From an uncultured Sulfurovum sp. (lineage in GTDB: Bacteria > Campylobacterota > Campylobacteria > Campylobacterales > Sulfurovaceae): DNA of 47,803 nt. The stretch spans positions 1-47,803 of the forward strand of contig CAZROY010000122.1 in NCBI GenBank assembly GCA_964601885.1, read 5' to 3'. The notes below the pieces were generated by a model. It saw nothing but the letters and a program-made list of their open reading frames with translations, had not been told where the DNA came from and ran no database searches. Shown here piece by piece: positions 38,588 through 47,803 of the stretch. The first letter of the stretch is position 1, and each line of letters opens with the position of its first letter. Position numbers and translations under genes: made by a program.

Positions 38588-40098
38588 TGAAAACAGAAGC
38601 TAAAGTGGGTCTTTTTATTACTATATCGCTATTTTTTCTTTTTGGATTACTATCTCAACTAAGCAGTTTTGATAATTTATTTAAAAAAACCTATCCTATA
38701 ATGGCAAAAATTAATGATGGTACAGGTTTAAAACCAAAAGCAAAAGTGAAGTTTAAAGGTGTTGATATAGGATTTGTTGAGAGTATTGTTTTAAAAGATG
38801 GTAATGTTATTACAAATCTTCGTATAAATGAGGGGGTTAAGATACCTATAAATTCCATTATAACACTCTCACAAGACTCTCTACTTGGTGGAAAATTTTT
38901 AGATATAAAACCAAGTAACTCAAAAGAGCTGTTAAAACCCAATATGCTTTTAGTAAAAGAGGAGAAAAAATCTTCTATCTCTGATGCTTCAACATCTGCA
39001 GATGAGGCTTTTAATGAAATTAAACTCTTAGTTAGAGACTTGAGAGATGTGTTAAATAGTGGTGGAAAAGATGATATTAAAGGTTCATTAGATAATATTA
39101 AAGAGTTTACTGACCTTTTGGCATCAATTAGCAGAGATGATAATAAAACTATACATGAGATTATTACCAATGCAAATGAGACAATTAAGAGCTTTAATAC
39201 AATGAGTAAAAGTATAACAAAAACAGCAAAAGATTACTCTGAAGTTTCAAAAGATGTTAAAAAAACATTAGCCCACTACTCTAGTGTGGCAAAAAATATA
39301 AATAAAGATTTACCTGCAATTATGGCAAAGATTGATAAAATTACTACCTATTTAAAGGGAGTTAGTGCCACACTAGATGAAAAATTACCATCTGTATTAG
39401 ATAAATTTACACGATTAGAGGATAATCTAAATAACAAAATAGAGGATAATAATAGTAATTTAAATAAAGCTTTAACTTCTGTTGATGGATTTTTCTCTGA
39501 TGGTACAGAGACAATGGAGAAGATTGATAAATATTTAGATAGCATGACAAAAAGTGAACTACATGTAGAGATGAGAAATGATGAGGTGTATGATGATGGG
39601 GGTTACTCAAAAAGTCAATTCAATTTAGCACTAAAACCAGATGCTACTAGATATTATATGATAGGTTTAACCTCTGCTCCTAGCTTTAAAGCAGATGATA
39701 GTTTTGAAAGGGGCTATGCGGGGAATAAAAAACATGAGAGTGGAGACTTTGCAATATCTGCTCAATATGGTAAAAGATTTGATGACTTACTTTTTCGTGT
39801 CGGTATAATAGAGGGGACAGGTGGATTTGGAGTGGATTTCTTCTCTTGGAATGATACGCTCAAAATTAGTACAGATATATATGATTTTAATGCTGTAAGT
39901 GATATTAGAGGAAAAAATCCTAATCTTACTGCCACTGTAAGGTACCAATTCTTTAAACATATAAATGCATATTTAAGTGGAAATAATCTATTAAATAGTA
40001 AAGCAAATAGTGTATCTGTTGGTCTTGGTGTAAGTTTTGTTGATGATGATTTAAAAAATCTTTTAGGTGCAGCTGCCTCAGCTTCAGCTGGTAAATAG
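38587..40098 (+). CDS. mlaD: Long MlaD/MCE family protein
   Basis: EAKVGLF, GLKPKAKVKFKGVDIGFV and SLLGGKFLDIKP, then a long helical region and a beta-rich C-terminus. ATG at 38587 overlaps the lptD TGA. Confidence 0.8.
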   Translation: MKTEAKVGLFITISLFFLFGLLSQLSSFDNLFKKTYPIMAKINDGTGLKPKAKVKFKGVDIGFVESIVLKDGNVITNLRINEGVKIPINSIITLSQDSLLGGKFLDIKPSNSKELLKPNMLLVKEEKKSSISDASTSADEAFNEIKLLVRDLRDVLNSGGKDDIKGSLDNIKEFTDLLASISRDDNKTIHEIITNANETIKSFNTMSKSITKTAKDYSEVSKDVKKTLAHYSSVAKNINKDLPAIMAKIDKITTYLKGVSATLDEKLPSVLDKFTRLEDNLNNKIEDNNSNLNKALTSVDGFFSDGTETMEKIDKYLDSMTKSELHVEMRNDEVYDDGGYSKSQFNLALKPDATRYYMIGLTSAPSFKADDSFERGYAGNKKHESGDFAISAQYGKRFDDLLFRVGIIEGTGGFGVDFFSWNDTLKISTDIYDFNAVSDIRGKNPNLTATVRYQFFKHINAYLSGNNLLNSKANSVSVGLGVSFVDDDLKNLLGAAASASAGK

Positions 40099-40129
40099 AA
40101 TAGATATAAAATAGAAAGGAAAATAGAAG

Positions 40130-42262
40130 ATGGGTGAACAGATTATAGAGATTGCTTGTAATAATTTAAATGAGAAATATTCATTTAATAAAATAGCAAA
40201 ACAGGCAAGTGGAGCAGTACTCTATCAGTGTGGAGATGCAGTGCTTTTAGCAGCTGTAGCAATTGATACAAAAGCTGTAGAAGATGATTTTTTACCACTA
40301 ACAGTTCAATATATCGAAAAATCTTATGCAGCAGCAAAAATACCGGGAGGATTTATCAAAAGAGAGACAAAACCGGGAGACTTTGAAACATTAACATCAA
40401 GGATTATTGACCGTTCCCTAAGACCTCTTTTTCCAAAGGGATTTGGTTATCCTATAGTGTTGACTATTATGGTCTTAAGTAGTGATGAGAGAGTTGATAT
40501 GCAGTTAGCCGGATTACATGCAGCATCATCTGCTCTATATACTTCTGATATTCCAATAACACAAGCTATATCAGCTGTTCGTATTGGTAAAATTAATGAA
40601 GAGATTGTCATAAATCCTACTTTTAAAGAGCAGAATAAATCTACACTTGACCTATTGGTAGTTGGCAGTGGATTAGATATATTAATGATTGAGATGTGTG
40701 TTAACGCATCAAAAAAAGATTATAAACAGCAGGTTAATGAGTTAAGTGAAGATGAGCTTTTAGATATTATTGCTACAGCACAAGAGGCAATTTCAAATGC
40801 AACAAAAGAGTATGAGCTTAGATTTAAAAGTGCTAAAAAAGATGAAATCTCGTTAACCATATTTGAGGAGGTATCTGATAAAGAGTTATATAATTATATA
40901 GCTACTAACTATAAAGAGGCAGTGGAGAGTGCTATTCAGGTTATGGCAAAAAGTGAAAGAAATAGTGAATTAAAAGCTATTCAAGATGATATTATCTCTC
41001 ATTTAAAGAGTAATCACAAAGAGGTAGATGAGGCATTAGTCTATGAGATGTTATCAGCATATAAAAAATCCGTTGTCCGTTCTCTTATTTTAGATAAAAA
41101 TATAAGAGCAGATGGTAGAGCTTTAGATGAGATAAGAGATATTACTATAGAGACTAATATTTTACCATCAGTTCATGGTTCATGTCTATTTACAAGAGGT
41201 CAAACACAAGCTTTAGTTACATCAACAATAGGTGATGCGAAATCTGCACAAGCTTATGAATTAATCGGTTCTAAAAGTTCACTATATGAGACATTTATGG
41301 TTCATTATAATTTTCCTGCCTTCTCTGTAGGAGAGGCAAAAAGACAAGGTCCTCCGGGTAGAAGAGAGCTTGGACATGGAAATTTAGCAAAAAGAGCATT
41401 AGAGCCTACATTAAATATAGATAGAGATACAACAGTAAGATTGGTCTCAGAAATATTAGAGTCAAATGGTTCGTCATCAATGGCTACAGTGTGTGGAGGT
41501 TCATTAGCTCTTAGAGCATCTGAAGTAGAGACTGAAAAACTTGTTGCTGGTATTGCTATGGGGCTTATAACAGATGGTAATAGATATGCTATACTTAGTG
41601 ATATTATAGGATTGGAAGACCATGATGGTGATATGGATTTTAAAATTACAGGTACAAAAGATGGAATAACAGCTCTTCAGATGGATATAAAATTGGGTGG
41701 TATAGATAGAGAGGTTTTAAAAGATGCTTTGTATCAAGCTAAAGAGGGACGACTACACATTTTAAATATAATGGAGGAGTCTTTAAAGAATATGACGCCA
41801 AGTCAAGCCTTACCAACCACGATAGTCTTTAATATTGATTCTGCCCATATTCCAGCTGTAATTGGAAAGGGTGGGGTTACAATTAAAGAGATTATAGACA
41901 AATATGGTGTTAGTATTGATATAGACAGAGAGGCTAATAGTGTAAAAATTACAGGCTCATCAAAAAATAGTGTAGCAAATGCAAAAGCATATATTGATAC
42001 AATCACTTCAACTCCTACTAAACGGCAGATGAATTATGAGATAAACAAACAATATAGTGGAAAGATAAAAAAGATTGTTGAGTTTGGTATGTTTGTCGAG
42101 ATGCCAGATGGATATGATGCTCTATTACACATTTCAAAGGTAGCAAAAGAGAGAATTGATAGATTGGATACACTATATAATGTTGGTGATATTATAGATA
42201 TTATTGTTTTAGAGCAAAAAGGTAAAAAGGTAGAACTCTGTACTCCAGCATATCTTTTTTAG
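40130..42262 (+). CDS. pnp: Polyribonucleotide nucleotidyltransferase
   Basis: IPGGFIKRE, FTRGQTQ, RRELGHG, ESNGSSSMATVC, GDMDFK, plus KH and S1 domains. Confidence 0.95.
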   Translation: MGEQIIEIACNNLNEKYSFNKIAKQASGAVLYQCGDAVLLAAVAIDTKAVEDDFLPLTVQYIEKSYAAAKIPGGFIKRETKPGDFETLTSRIIDRSLRPLFPKGFGYPIVLTIMVLSSDERVDMQLAGLHAASSALYTSDIPITQAISAVRIGKINEEIVINPTFKEQNKSTLDLLVVGSGLDILMIEMCVNASKKDYKQQVNELSEDELLDIIATAQEAISNATKEYELRFKSAKKDEISLTIFEEVSDKELYNYIATNYKEAVESAIQVMAKSERNSELKAIQDDIISHLKSNHKEVDEALVYEMLSAYKKSVVRSLILDKNIRADGRALDEIRDITIETNILPSVHGSCLFTRGQTQALVTSTIGDAKSAQAYELIGSKSSLYETFMVHYNFPAFSVGEAKRQGPPGRRELGHGNLAKRALEPTLNIDRDTTVRLVSEILESNGSSSMATVCGGSLALRASEVETEKLVAGIAMGLITDGNRYAILSDIIGLEDHDGDMDFKITGTKDGITALQMDIKLGGIDREVLKDALYQAKEGRLHILNIMEESLKNMTPSQALPTTIVFNIDSAHIPAVIGKGGVTIKEIIDKYGVSIDIDREANSVKITGSSKNSVANAKAYIDTITSTPTKRQMNYEINKQYSGKIKKIVEFGMFVEMPDGYDALLHISKVAKERIDRLDTLYNVGDIIDIIVLEQKGKKVELCTPAYLF

Positions 42263-42273
42263 CACCAATTCTA

Positions 42274-42292
42274 TAAATCCCTTTTGGGTTTA
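42274..42292. terminator. Weak hairpin between convergent pnp and ffh
   Basis: TAAATCC-CTTTT-GGGTTTA. Confidence 0.4.
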
Positions 42293-42300
42293 AAATTATT

Positions 42301-43644
42301 TTATCTCATAATTCTATTACCTTGCATCTGTTTCATCATCTCTTGTATTTGTCGCATTCCACCTTTACTTGAAAGCTGTTTAGCCATCTTACCTGCATGT
42401 TTAAACTGTTTGAGTACTCGGTTGACCTCCATTTGACTAAGTCCTGCACCTTTTGCTAATCTTCTTTTTCTTGTATTATTAAGTAAGTCTGGATTTTCTC
42501 TCTCTTTTTTTGTCATAGAGTTTATCATTGCTTTTATCATTTTAATCTCTGATGAGTTTTCTAAATCCATATCACTTATCTGTTTAGCCATGTTACCCAT
42601 TCCCGGTATCATACTCATAATAGATTTCATACTTCCTAATTTTTTCATAGACTCCATCTGCTCTAAAAAGTCATTAAAATTAAATTTACCTTTTTTAATT
42701 TTTTTGGTTAACTGTTTAGCTTTTTTCTCATCTATAATATTAGCAGTTTTTTCTGCCAATGACTCAAGGTCACCTGCTCCCATAAGTCTTGATACAATTC
42801 TATCTGGAATAAACTGTTCAAGGTCAGGCATCTTTTCTCCAGCACCTATAAAACGAAGAGGAACTCCTACTTGATGAGCAATTCCAAGTGCCACACCGCC
42901 TTTTGAATCACCGTCATATTTGGTTAAAATTACACCGCTTATTCCAATTTTTTCTTTAAAGGTTTTGGCAGTTCTAACAGCGTCCATTCCCGTCATGGCA
43001 TCTGCTACATAGAATAGTTCATCAGGATTTGCTATTTTTTTAATCTCCACCAACTCATCCATTAATTTATCATCAATAGCCAATCGTCCTGCTGTATCTA
43101 TCAGAACAACATCATAAAGCTCTTTTTGAGCCTTTTTTAAAGCCTCTTTTACAATTGCTTGTGGTGTTGACTCTTCATTGGCTACTAAAGTAACACCTAT
43201 TTGAGAGGTTATTTGTCTTAACTGCTCAACAGCAGCCAATCTCTGTAGGTCTCCTGCCACTACCATAACTTTTTTTCTTTTTTGTTCTTTTAAAAAAAAT
43301 GCCAATTTACCTGTTGTTGTCGTTTTTCCTGACCCTTGAAGACCTATCATTAAAACAACGGTTGGTGGTTTAGAGGCAAAAACAAACCCTTGATTTCCCT
43401 TTGCTGTTAAGATTTTTCTTAACTCATTCCGTAGTGCTTTTAAAAAATTCTCTTTTCCAATACCGTTAGCCTTTGTCTCCTTCTCAACAACGGTTAAAAG
43501 CTCTTTAACCACTTTATGGTGGACATCAGCTTTAAGAAGTGATTTTTTAAGTTCTGTAATAGCTTTTTTAAGTGCCTTTATATCATCATAAAAGCGAATT
43601 TTATCTATGGCATTTTTAAAACTATTGGTTAGTGTATCAAACAT
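42301..43644 (-). CDS. ffh: Signal recognition particle protein
   Basis: GLQGSGKTT, DTAGR, TKYDGD and a Met-rich M domain. Confidence 0.97.
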   Translation of the reverse strand: MFDTLTNSFKNAIDKIRFYDDIKALKKAITELKKSLLKADVHHKVVKELLTVVEKETKANGIGKENFLKALRNELRKILTAKGNQGFVFASKPPTVVLMIGLQGSGKTTTTGKLAFFLKEQKRKKVMVVAGDLQRLAAVEQLRQITSQIGVTLVANEESTPQAIVKEALKKAQKELYDVVLIDTAGRLAIDDKLMDELVEIKKIANPDELFYVADAMTGMDAVRTAKTFKEKIGISGVILTKYDGDSKGGVALGIAHQVGVPLRFIGAGEKMPDLEQFIPDRIVSRLMGAGDLESLAEKTANIIDEKKAKQLTKKIKKGKFNFNDFLEQMESMKKLGSMKSIMSMIPGMGNMAKQISDMDLENSSEIKMIKAMINSMTKKERENPDLLNNTRKRRLAKGAGLSQMEVNRVLKQFKHAGKMAKQLSSKGGMRQIQEMMKQMQGNRIMR

Positions 43645-43717
43645 ATATACCCTCTTTTTATTATATTGGTGATATTATATCAAATTGATAATAAAATTTA
43701 TCTCTATTGCTTTATTT

Positions 43718-43896
43718 CTGAGACATCGCCATTTATGGTGGTGAGGAGAAATAAAAAGTAAGTGTGAACAATTTAGCACCTATCAAAAGTAGTAGTTAAG
43801 AGATATGGGTGTGTCAATTATCCACCAAGATTAAAATCAAACGACTTAGTCGCTTAAAAATCTTCAAGCCTCACCCTTTAGAATGAGGTAGTTGAC
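43718..43896 (-). mobile_element. Miniature non-autonomous IS200/IS605-type element (HEARO/IscB-omegaRNA-like 5' end on the minus strand)
   Basis: The minus strand starts GTCAACTACCTCATTCTAAAGGGTGAGGCTTG and ends TCCTCACCACCATAAATGGCGATGTCTC. Both ends form subterminal hairpins; no ORF inside. Confidence 0.65.
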
Positions 43897-43897
43897 A

Positions 43898-45433
43898 CTA
43901 GAGAGTCATACCTTTTAAAATATAAAAAACCGAAGCTGAAAGTATTGCTGCTACAGGTACTGTAATAATCCATGCTAAAATAATCTTCTTAACCATACCC
44001 CGTTTTACATAATGTTCACGAAGCTCTTTTTTTATTTTTTTAGCAACTTTCTTTTCCATTTTAATTCTTTCCATAAGTTCAACTTTTCTTTTATAATCAT
44101 TTCCAACATTAGCTAACTCTTTTTTGAACTTATTAACAGTAGCAAGTTGTGCATTTAACTCTTGATGTTTAGCATTTGTTTTTTTTCTATCTAACCACTC
44201 TCTCAGAAAACCTACACCGAAAACACCCCCAACGGCAATATGTGTAGATGATACAGGAAGACCAAGTTGTGAAGCAATTACTACCGTAATGGCAGCCGCC
44301 ATCATGATGGAAAAAGCTCTCATCTGGTCTAATTCTGTAATTTCTGAACCAACTGTTTTAATAAGTCTAGGTCCAAAAAGGGTAAGTCCTATAGAGATAC
44401 CGACTCCACCTACAACCATTACCCATAATGGAATAGATGCTTTTGATGATATAGTAGTATGCACTATAGCATCATAAATGGCAGCTAATGGTCCTACGGC
44501 ATTTGCCACATCATTAGCTCCATGAGCAAAACTTAATAAAGCAGCGGAAAAAATTAAAGGTATGGTAAATAGTGTATTAATTGCTACTCTATCATTTTTA
44601 AGAGTCTCTACTCGTTTAGTTATACGAGGTTTTATAAAGAAATAGGTTCCAATAGCCCCAATTATACCAAAACTAAGGGCTACACCAATAGTTGGCTTTT
44701 TACTTTCTGGTAAAAATGGTAATATATTTAAAATATCACTCCATATATGTTTTAGACCCTTAATAGTTAAATATGTTATAAAAGCCATTACCATAATTGA
44801 TATTAAAATGGGAACAACCTTTTTAGCAGACTCTAATCTGTTTTCTCTATGTAATATTTCCGATTTAATAATATATAAAAAAGAGGCAGCAATTAATCCG
44901 CCAAGTAGAGGAGAGATAATCCAAGATGCTACAATTTTACCCATTGTATCCCACGAGACAATAGCAAATCCACCTGCTGCAATTCCAGCACCCATTACAC
45001 CTCCAACAATTGAGTGGGTTGTTGAAACAGGAGCTTTTAACCATGTAGCAAGATTTAACCATAAAGCAGCAGATAGGAGAGCTGCTGCCATTGCATAAAC
45101 AAACATCATGGAGTTGCCAGAGAATGCAATAGGGTCAATAATTCCTTTTTTAATTGTACTCACAACATCACCACCAGCAATTAAAGCTCCACTAGCTTCA
45201 AATATAGAGGCAACTAATATAGCTCCACCAATAGTTAAGGCTTTGGAACCAACAGCTGGACCTACATTGTTTGCAACATCATTTGCACCAATATTCATAG
45301 CCATATATGCCCCAAATATTCCTGCCACCATTAAAAATTCTATATGAGGTAAATTCCCAAAGGAACTATTGACATAATATGCTATTGCGGTAGCAAATCC
45401 AGCACCCAATATTATCTTAATTAGATTGTTCAT
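43898..45433 (-). CDS. Inorganic phosphate transporter, PiT family
   Basis: Duplicated GANDVAN and PVS(T/S)TH motifs. Confidence 0.93.
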   Translation of the reverse strand: MNNLIKIILGAGFATAIAYYVNSSFGNLPHIEFLMVAGIFGAYMAMNIGANDVANNVGPAVGSKALTIGGAILVASIFEASGALIAGGDVVSTIKKGIIDPIAFSGNSMMFVYAMAAALLSAALWLNLATWLKAPVSTTHSIVGGVMGAGIAAGGFAIVSWDTMGKIVASWIISPLLGGLIAASFLYIIKSEILHRENRLESAKKVVPILISIMVMAFITYLTIKGLKHIWSDILNILPFLPESKKPTIGVALSFGIIGAIGTYFFIKPRITKRVETLKNDRVAINTLFTIPLIFSAALLSFAHGANDVANAVGPLAAIYDAIVHTTISSKASIPLWVMVVGGVGISIGLTLFGPRLIKTVGSEITELDQMRAFSIMMAAAITVVIASQLGLPVSSTHIAVGGVFGVGFLREWLDRKKTNAKHQELNAQLATVNKFKKELANVGNDYKRKVELMERIKMEKKVAKKIKKELREHYVKRGMVKKIILAWIITVPVAAILSASVFYILKGMTL

Positions 45434-45477
45434 ACAACACCCTTTTACTTAAAATGGGGATATTCTATTATAAAGTT

Positions 45478-45494
45478 ATAACAATTTGATAACA
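45478..45494 (-). promoter_or_regulatory. TGTTAT direct repeat with 11-bp period (pho-box-like) upstream of the PiT gene
   Basis: The minus strand reads TGTTATcaaatTGTTAT just upstream of TATAAT/TAGAAT. Confidence 0.4.
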
Positions 45495-45520
45495 TTGATG
45501 ATAATTCTTTTAAATTCTTA

Positions 45521-46111
45521 TTACTTTCTTTCTAATATTTTCAGTTCGGATTTTCCAAGTTTAACATATTTTGCAAACATGGTTAAAAGCATATCCTTAG
45601 ATTGTGTGAAATTTTTTATAAAACATGCAGTTGGCTCATTCTCATCTATATTATCTGTATCTGCTAACTCTTCAATAAAGTTATCAAATTTATATCCTGC
45701 CATAACGGCACAAGCATGTATCATCATTGCATCTTTTAATTCTTTATCTTCTATTGTGTGGTGAAGTATTAAAAATATCTCTTTTGCACCCCTAATATCA
45801 TTTTCACTATATATTTGAATACCATGCTCATATATTGCTCTAGCAGTGGCTAACTCTTCAGGTTTATCTAAATTAAACCCTTTATTATCTATTAGATAAT
45901 CAGCCAATACATCAAAAGCTTGATTTACAATAAATCTAAATATCTCATTTATCTCCTCTTTGTCTGCCTCAATGGTCAATTTGGTATCTAAGAGTTTATA
46001 TCCTTTATCAATACTCTTTTCTTTTTTCATCTCTTTTTCTAATTTTTTTAAATCATTAATAAAGTTTTTATCTCTTTTTAATGCCTCTATATCTATCTGT
46101 TTTGTTCTCAT
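45521..46111 (-). CDS. Hypothetical protein (helical, TPR-like)
   Basis: 196-aa ORF whose start overlaps the dapC stop; normal composition for the window. Confidence 0.75.
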   Translation of the reverse strand: MRTKQIDIEALKRDKNFINDLKKLEKEMKKEKSIDKGYKLLDTKLTIEADKEEINEIFRFIVNQAFDVLADYLIDNKGFNLDKPEELATARAIYEHGIQIYSENDIRGAKEIFLILHHTIEDKELKDAMMIHACAVMAGYKFDNFIEELADTDNIDENEPTACFIKNFTQSKDMLLTMFAKYVKLGKSELKILERK

Positions 46112-47226
46112 AGTACCTCTTTAATTCTATGTAATGCTTCTCTTGTCTTATCTTCTTCATAAACAAGTGCTAATCTTATAAAATTGCTACCTTGACTATC
46201 TCGTCCTAGAAATGACCCTGCTAGTACTTTTAAATTATACTCTTTATATAGCCTTTTTGTAAATTCTATTTCATCATCAACCTTTAGCCATATATAAAAT
46301 GTTGCAAGTGGGGGATTAACTCCTAAAATCTCCCTAGCTATTTTAAAGTTTTTAATATATTTTTTTCTAAATATATCAACATGGCTCTGGTCACTCCAAG
46401 CTTTAGCAGAGGCGTATTGCAAAGGTAATGGTGATGCACACCCAACATAGGTTCTATATATCATATACTCTTTTAATATATGGGCATCACCTGCAATAAA
46501 TCCACTTCTAAGTCCCGGTGCAGAGGAGCGTTTAGAGATTGAGTTTACTACCAAAATATTTTTAAAATCAATGTTACCAAGCTCTACACTTGCATTGAGT
46601 AGTGAAGGTAGAGGTTTGTCTAAATATAAATCTATATAACACTCATCATTTAGTAGTACAAAATCATACTTTAATGCCAACTCTACCCATTTTTTAAGCT
46701 CTTCCATTAATATTACAGAGGCAGTTGGATTATTTGGGGTATTAATAATTACTAGATTACATTTAGATAGTTTATCCTCTTCTATTATAGGTTTAAAATT
46801 ATTTTCAGAGGTTAGATTTAAATATATAACTTCAGCCCTACTAGCTTTTGCTGAACCCTCATATATTTGATAAAATGGATTTGGAAATGCCATTATAGGA
46901 TTTTCTATATCATGGAGTAGAAATTGCGGAAAGTTAAAAAGGGTTTCTCTTGTTCCAAATGTTGGAATAATTTGTGAATTATCTATTTGTAATTTAAAAC
47001 GATTATTTAAATATTGCTGTATCCCTTTTCGCAATATACTCTCACCTGAACTTTTAGGATACTTATTAAGTAGAGAGGCTTTTTTATTTAGCTCATCTAA
47101 TATAAATTGTGGTGTAGGAAACTGTGGCTCTCCAATGGTCAAACTTAATGGTTCAAAACTACTATTTGGAGTAATCTCTTTTAGAAGATTATTTAATTTT
47201 TCAAATGGATATGTCTCAAAGGTCAA
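46108..47226 (-). CDS. dapC: Succinyldiaminopimelate transaminase (class I/II PLP aminotransferase)
   Basis: YPFEKL, LTIGEPQ, PNPFYQIYEG, NTPNNPT, DECY and SISKRSSAPGLRSG. Confidence 0.88.
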   Translation of the reverse strand: MTFETYPFEKLNNLLKEITPNSSFEPLSLTIGEPQFPTPQFILDELNKKASLLNKYPKSSGESILRKGIQQYLNNRFKLQIDNSQIIPTFGTRETLFNFPQFLLHDIENPIMAFPNPFYQIYEGSAKASRAEVIYLNLTSENNFKPIIEEDKLSKCNLVIINTPNNPTASVILMEELKKWVELALKYDFVLLNDECYIDLYLDKPLPSLLNASVELGNIDFKNILVVNSISKRSSAPGLRSGFIAGDAHILKEYMIYRTYVGCASPLPLQYASAKAWSDQSHVDIFRKKYIKNFKIAREILGVNPPLATFYIWLKVDDEIEFTKRLYKEYNLKVLAGSFLGRDSQGSNFIRLALVYEEDKTREALHRIKEVL

Positions 47227-47286
47227 TATATACCCCTCTTTTTTTTAGAGGGGATTATATCAAATTAAAGATATAGTTCTCTTTTA

Positions 47287-47670
47287 CTAATCATCGCCTT
47301 CACAGCTACCGTCTGTTTTTGCTGTTGGTAACTCTTTAAAATTATCATCATGTAATACAGCAGGTTTTAAGTCTTTACAATCAACTTTATCACACGGTAC
47401 TGTTTCTGCCATAGGATAATCATTGAATGTTTCTCCCTCGACCTCTTCTAAATCTTCACAACCTTTACCTTTTTTTAGTTTTGAATTTTTAGGTTTAGAG
47501 TCATCTATTTTTAATTTTATCACAGGCAAATCGACATCAGCTGTAGCCGTTTTTTTGGCTTTTTCTACTTTCTCTTTTGTTGGTGTTGCGGTTCCTGCGT
47601 GAGCGTATCCTCCCAATCCAACAATAATTAATACACTCAATGTAATATATTTTGATATTACAGTTTTCAT
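47287..47670 (-). CDS. Hypothetical secreted protein with two Cys-bounded repeats
   Basis: RBS AAGGAG, signal peptide ending AHA, four Cys in two similar segments. Confidence 0.75.
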   Translation of the reverse strand: MKTVISKYITLSVLIIVGLGGYAHAGTATPTKEKVEKAKKTATADVDLPVIKLKIDDSKPKNSKLKKGKGCEDLEEVEGETFNDYPMAETVPCDKVDCKDLKPAVLHDDNFKELPTAKTDGSCEGDD

Positions 47671-47803
47671 CTGTTCTCCTTTATTAATAATTATGTTTAG
47701 TCGTATGATACATCATTTTTGTTTAGTTAAACATAAATTTTAAAAATGAACTTAATAATATATAGTATATTTAACATAAAAATAATAAAATTCTATATAT
47801 AAT

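Noticed and set aside
43645-43897. Possible SRP (4.5S) RNA next to ffh
   Set aside because: No conserved SRP domain IV (CAGG..GGAA..AGCAG) motif; the region is better explained by IS-like ends.
4771-45764. Numerous 60-160 aa antisense or overlapping ORFs in the track (for example 9716, 15004, 19471, 28711, 38691, 42590, 44808)
   Set aside because: All overlap well-supported genes on the opposite strand or in another frame and have Ser/Ile/Phe-rich shadow composition.

Overview
AT-rich (about 30% GC by eye) chromosomal window from a Campylobacterota (Epsilonproteobacteria) genome, probably Sulfurovaceae-like. The assignment rests on the monomeric Icd, the cts/Msh operon, and the trmN6-ykgJ-TPR-trpC and 6S-purD-RDD-lptD-pnp gene orders. 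Most of it is core housekeeping: comF, mltB, an ABC-F ATPase, an MnmC-like oxidoreductase, tolQRA, icd, pdxJ, trpC, mrp, purD, lptD, mlaD, pnp, ffh, a PiT transporter and dapC. It also carries natural-transformation genes (a 9-gene cts/Msh-type operon, comF, dprA). Features absent from the ORF track, read from the sequence: (i) the left edge is the end of a variable or defence-like region, with an NTPase-HEPN gene followed by two short gene remnants; (ii) a 6S RNA before purD; (iii) two 150-180 bp miniature IS200/IS605-type elements with no ORF and omegaRNA-like folds, one with its own promoter directly upstream of 6S RNA and one fused to the 3' end of the PiT gene; (iv) a 26-aa membrane sORF leading an xpaC-telA-SPFH-Zn-ribbon envelope-stress operon that runs into dprA; (v) a 9 x 45 bp ER/K repeat in tolA; (vi) several candidate regulatory sites. 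No CRISPR array, tRNA or rRNA was seen. All family assignments come from motif recognition; no database searches were run.
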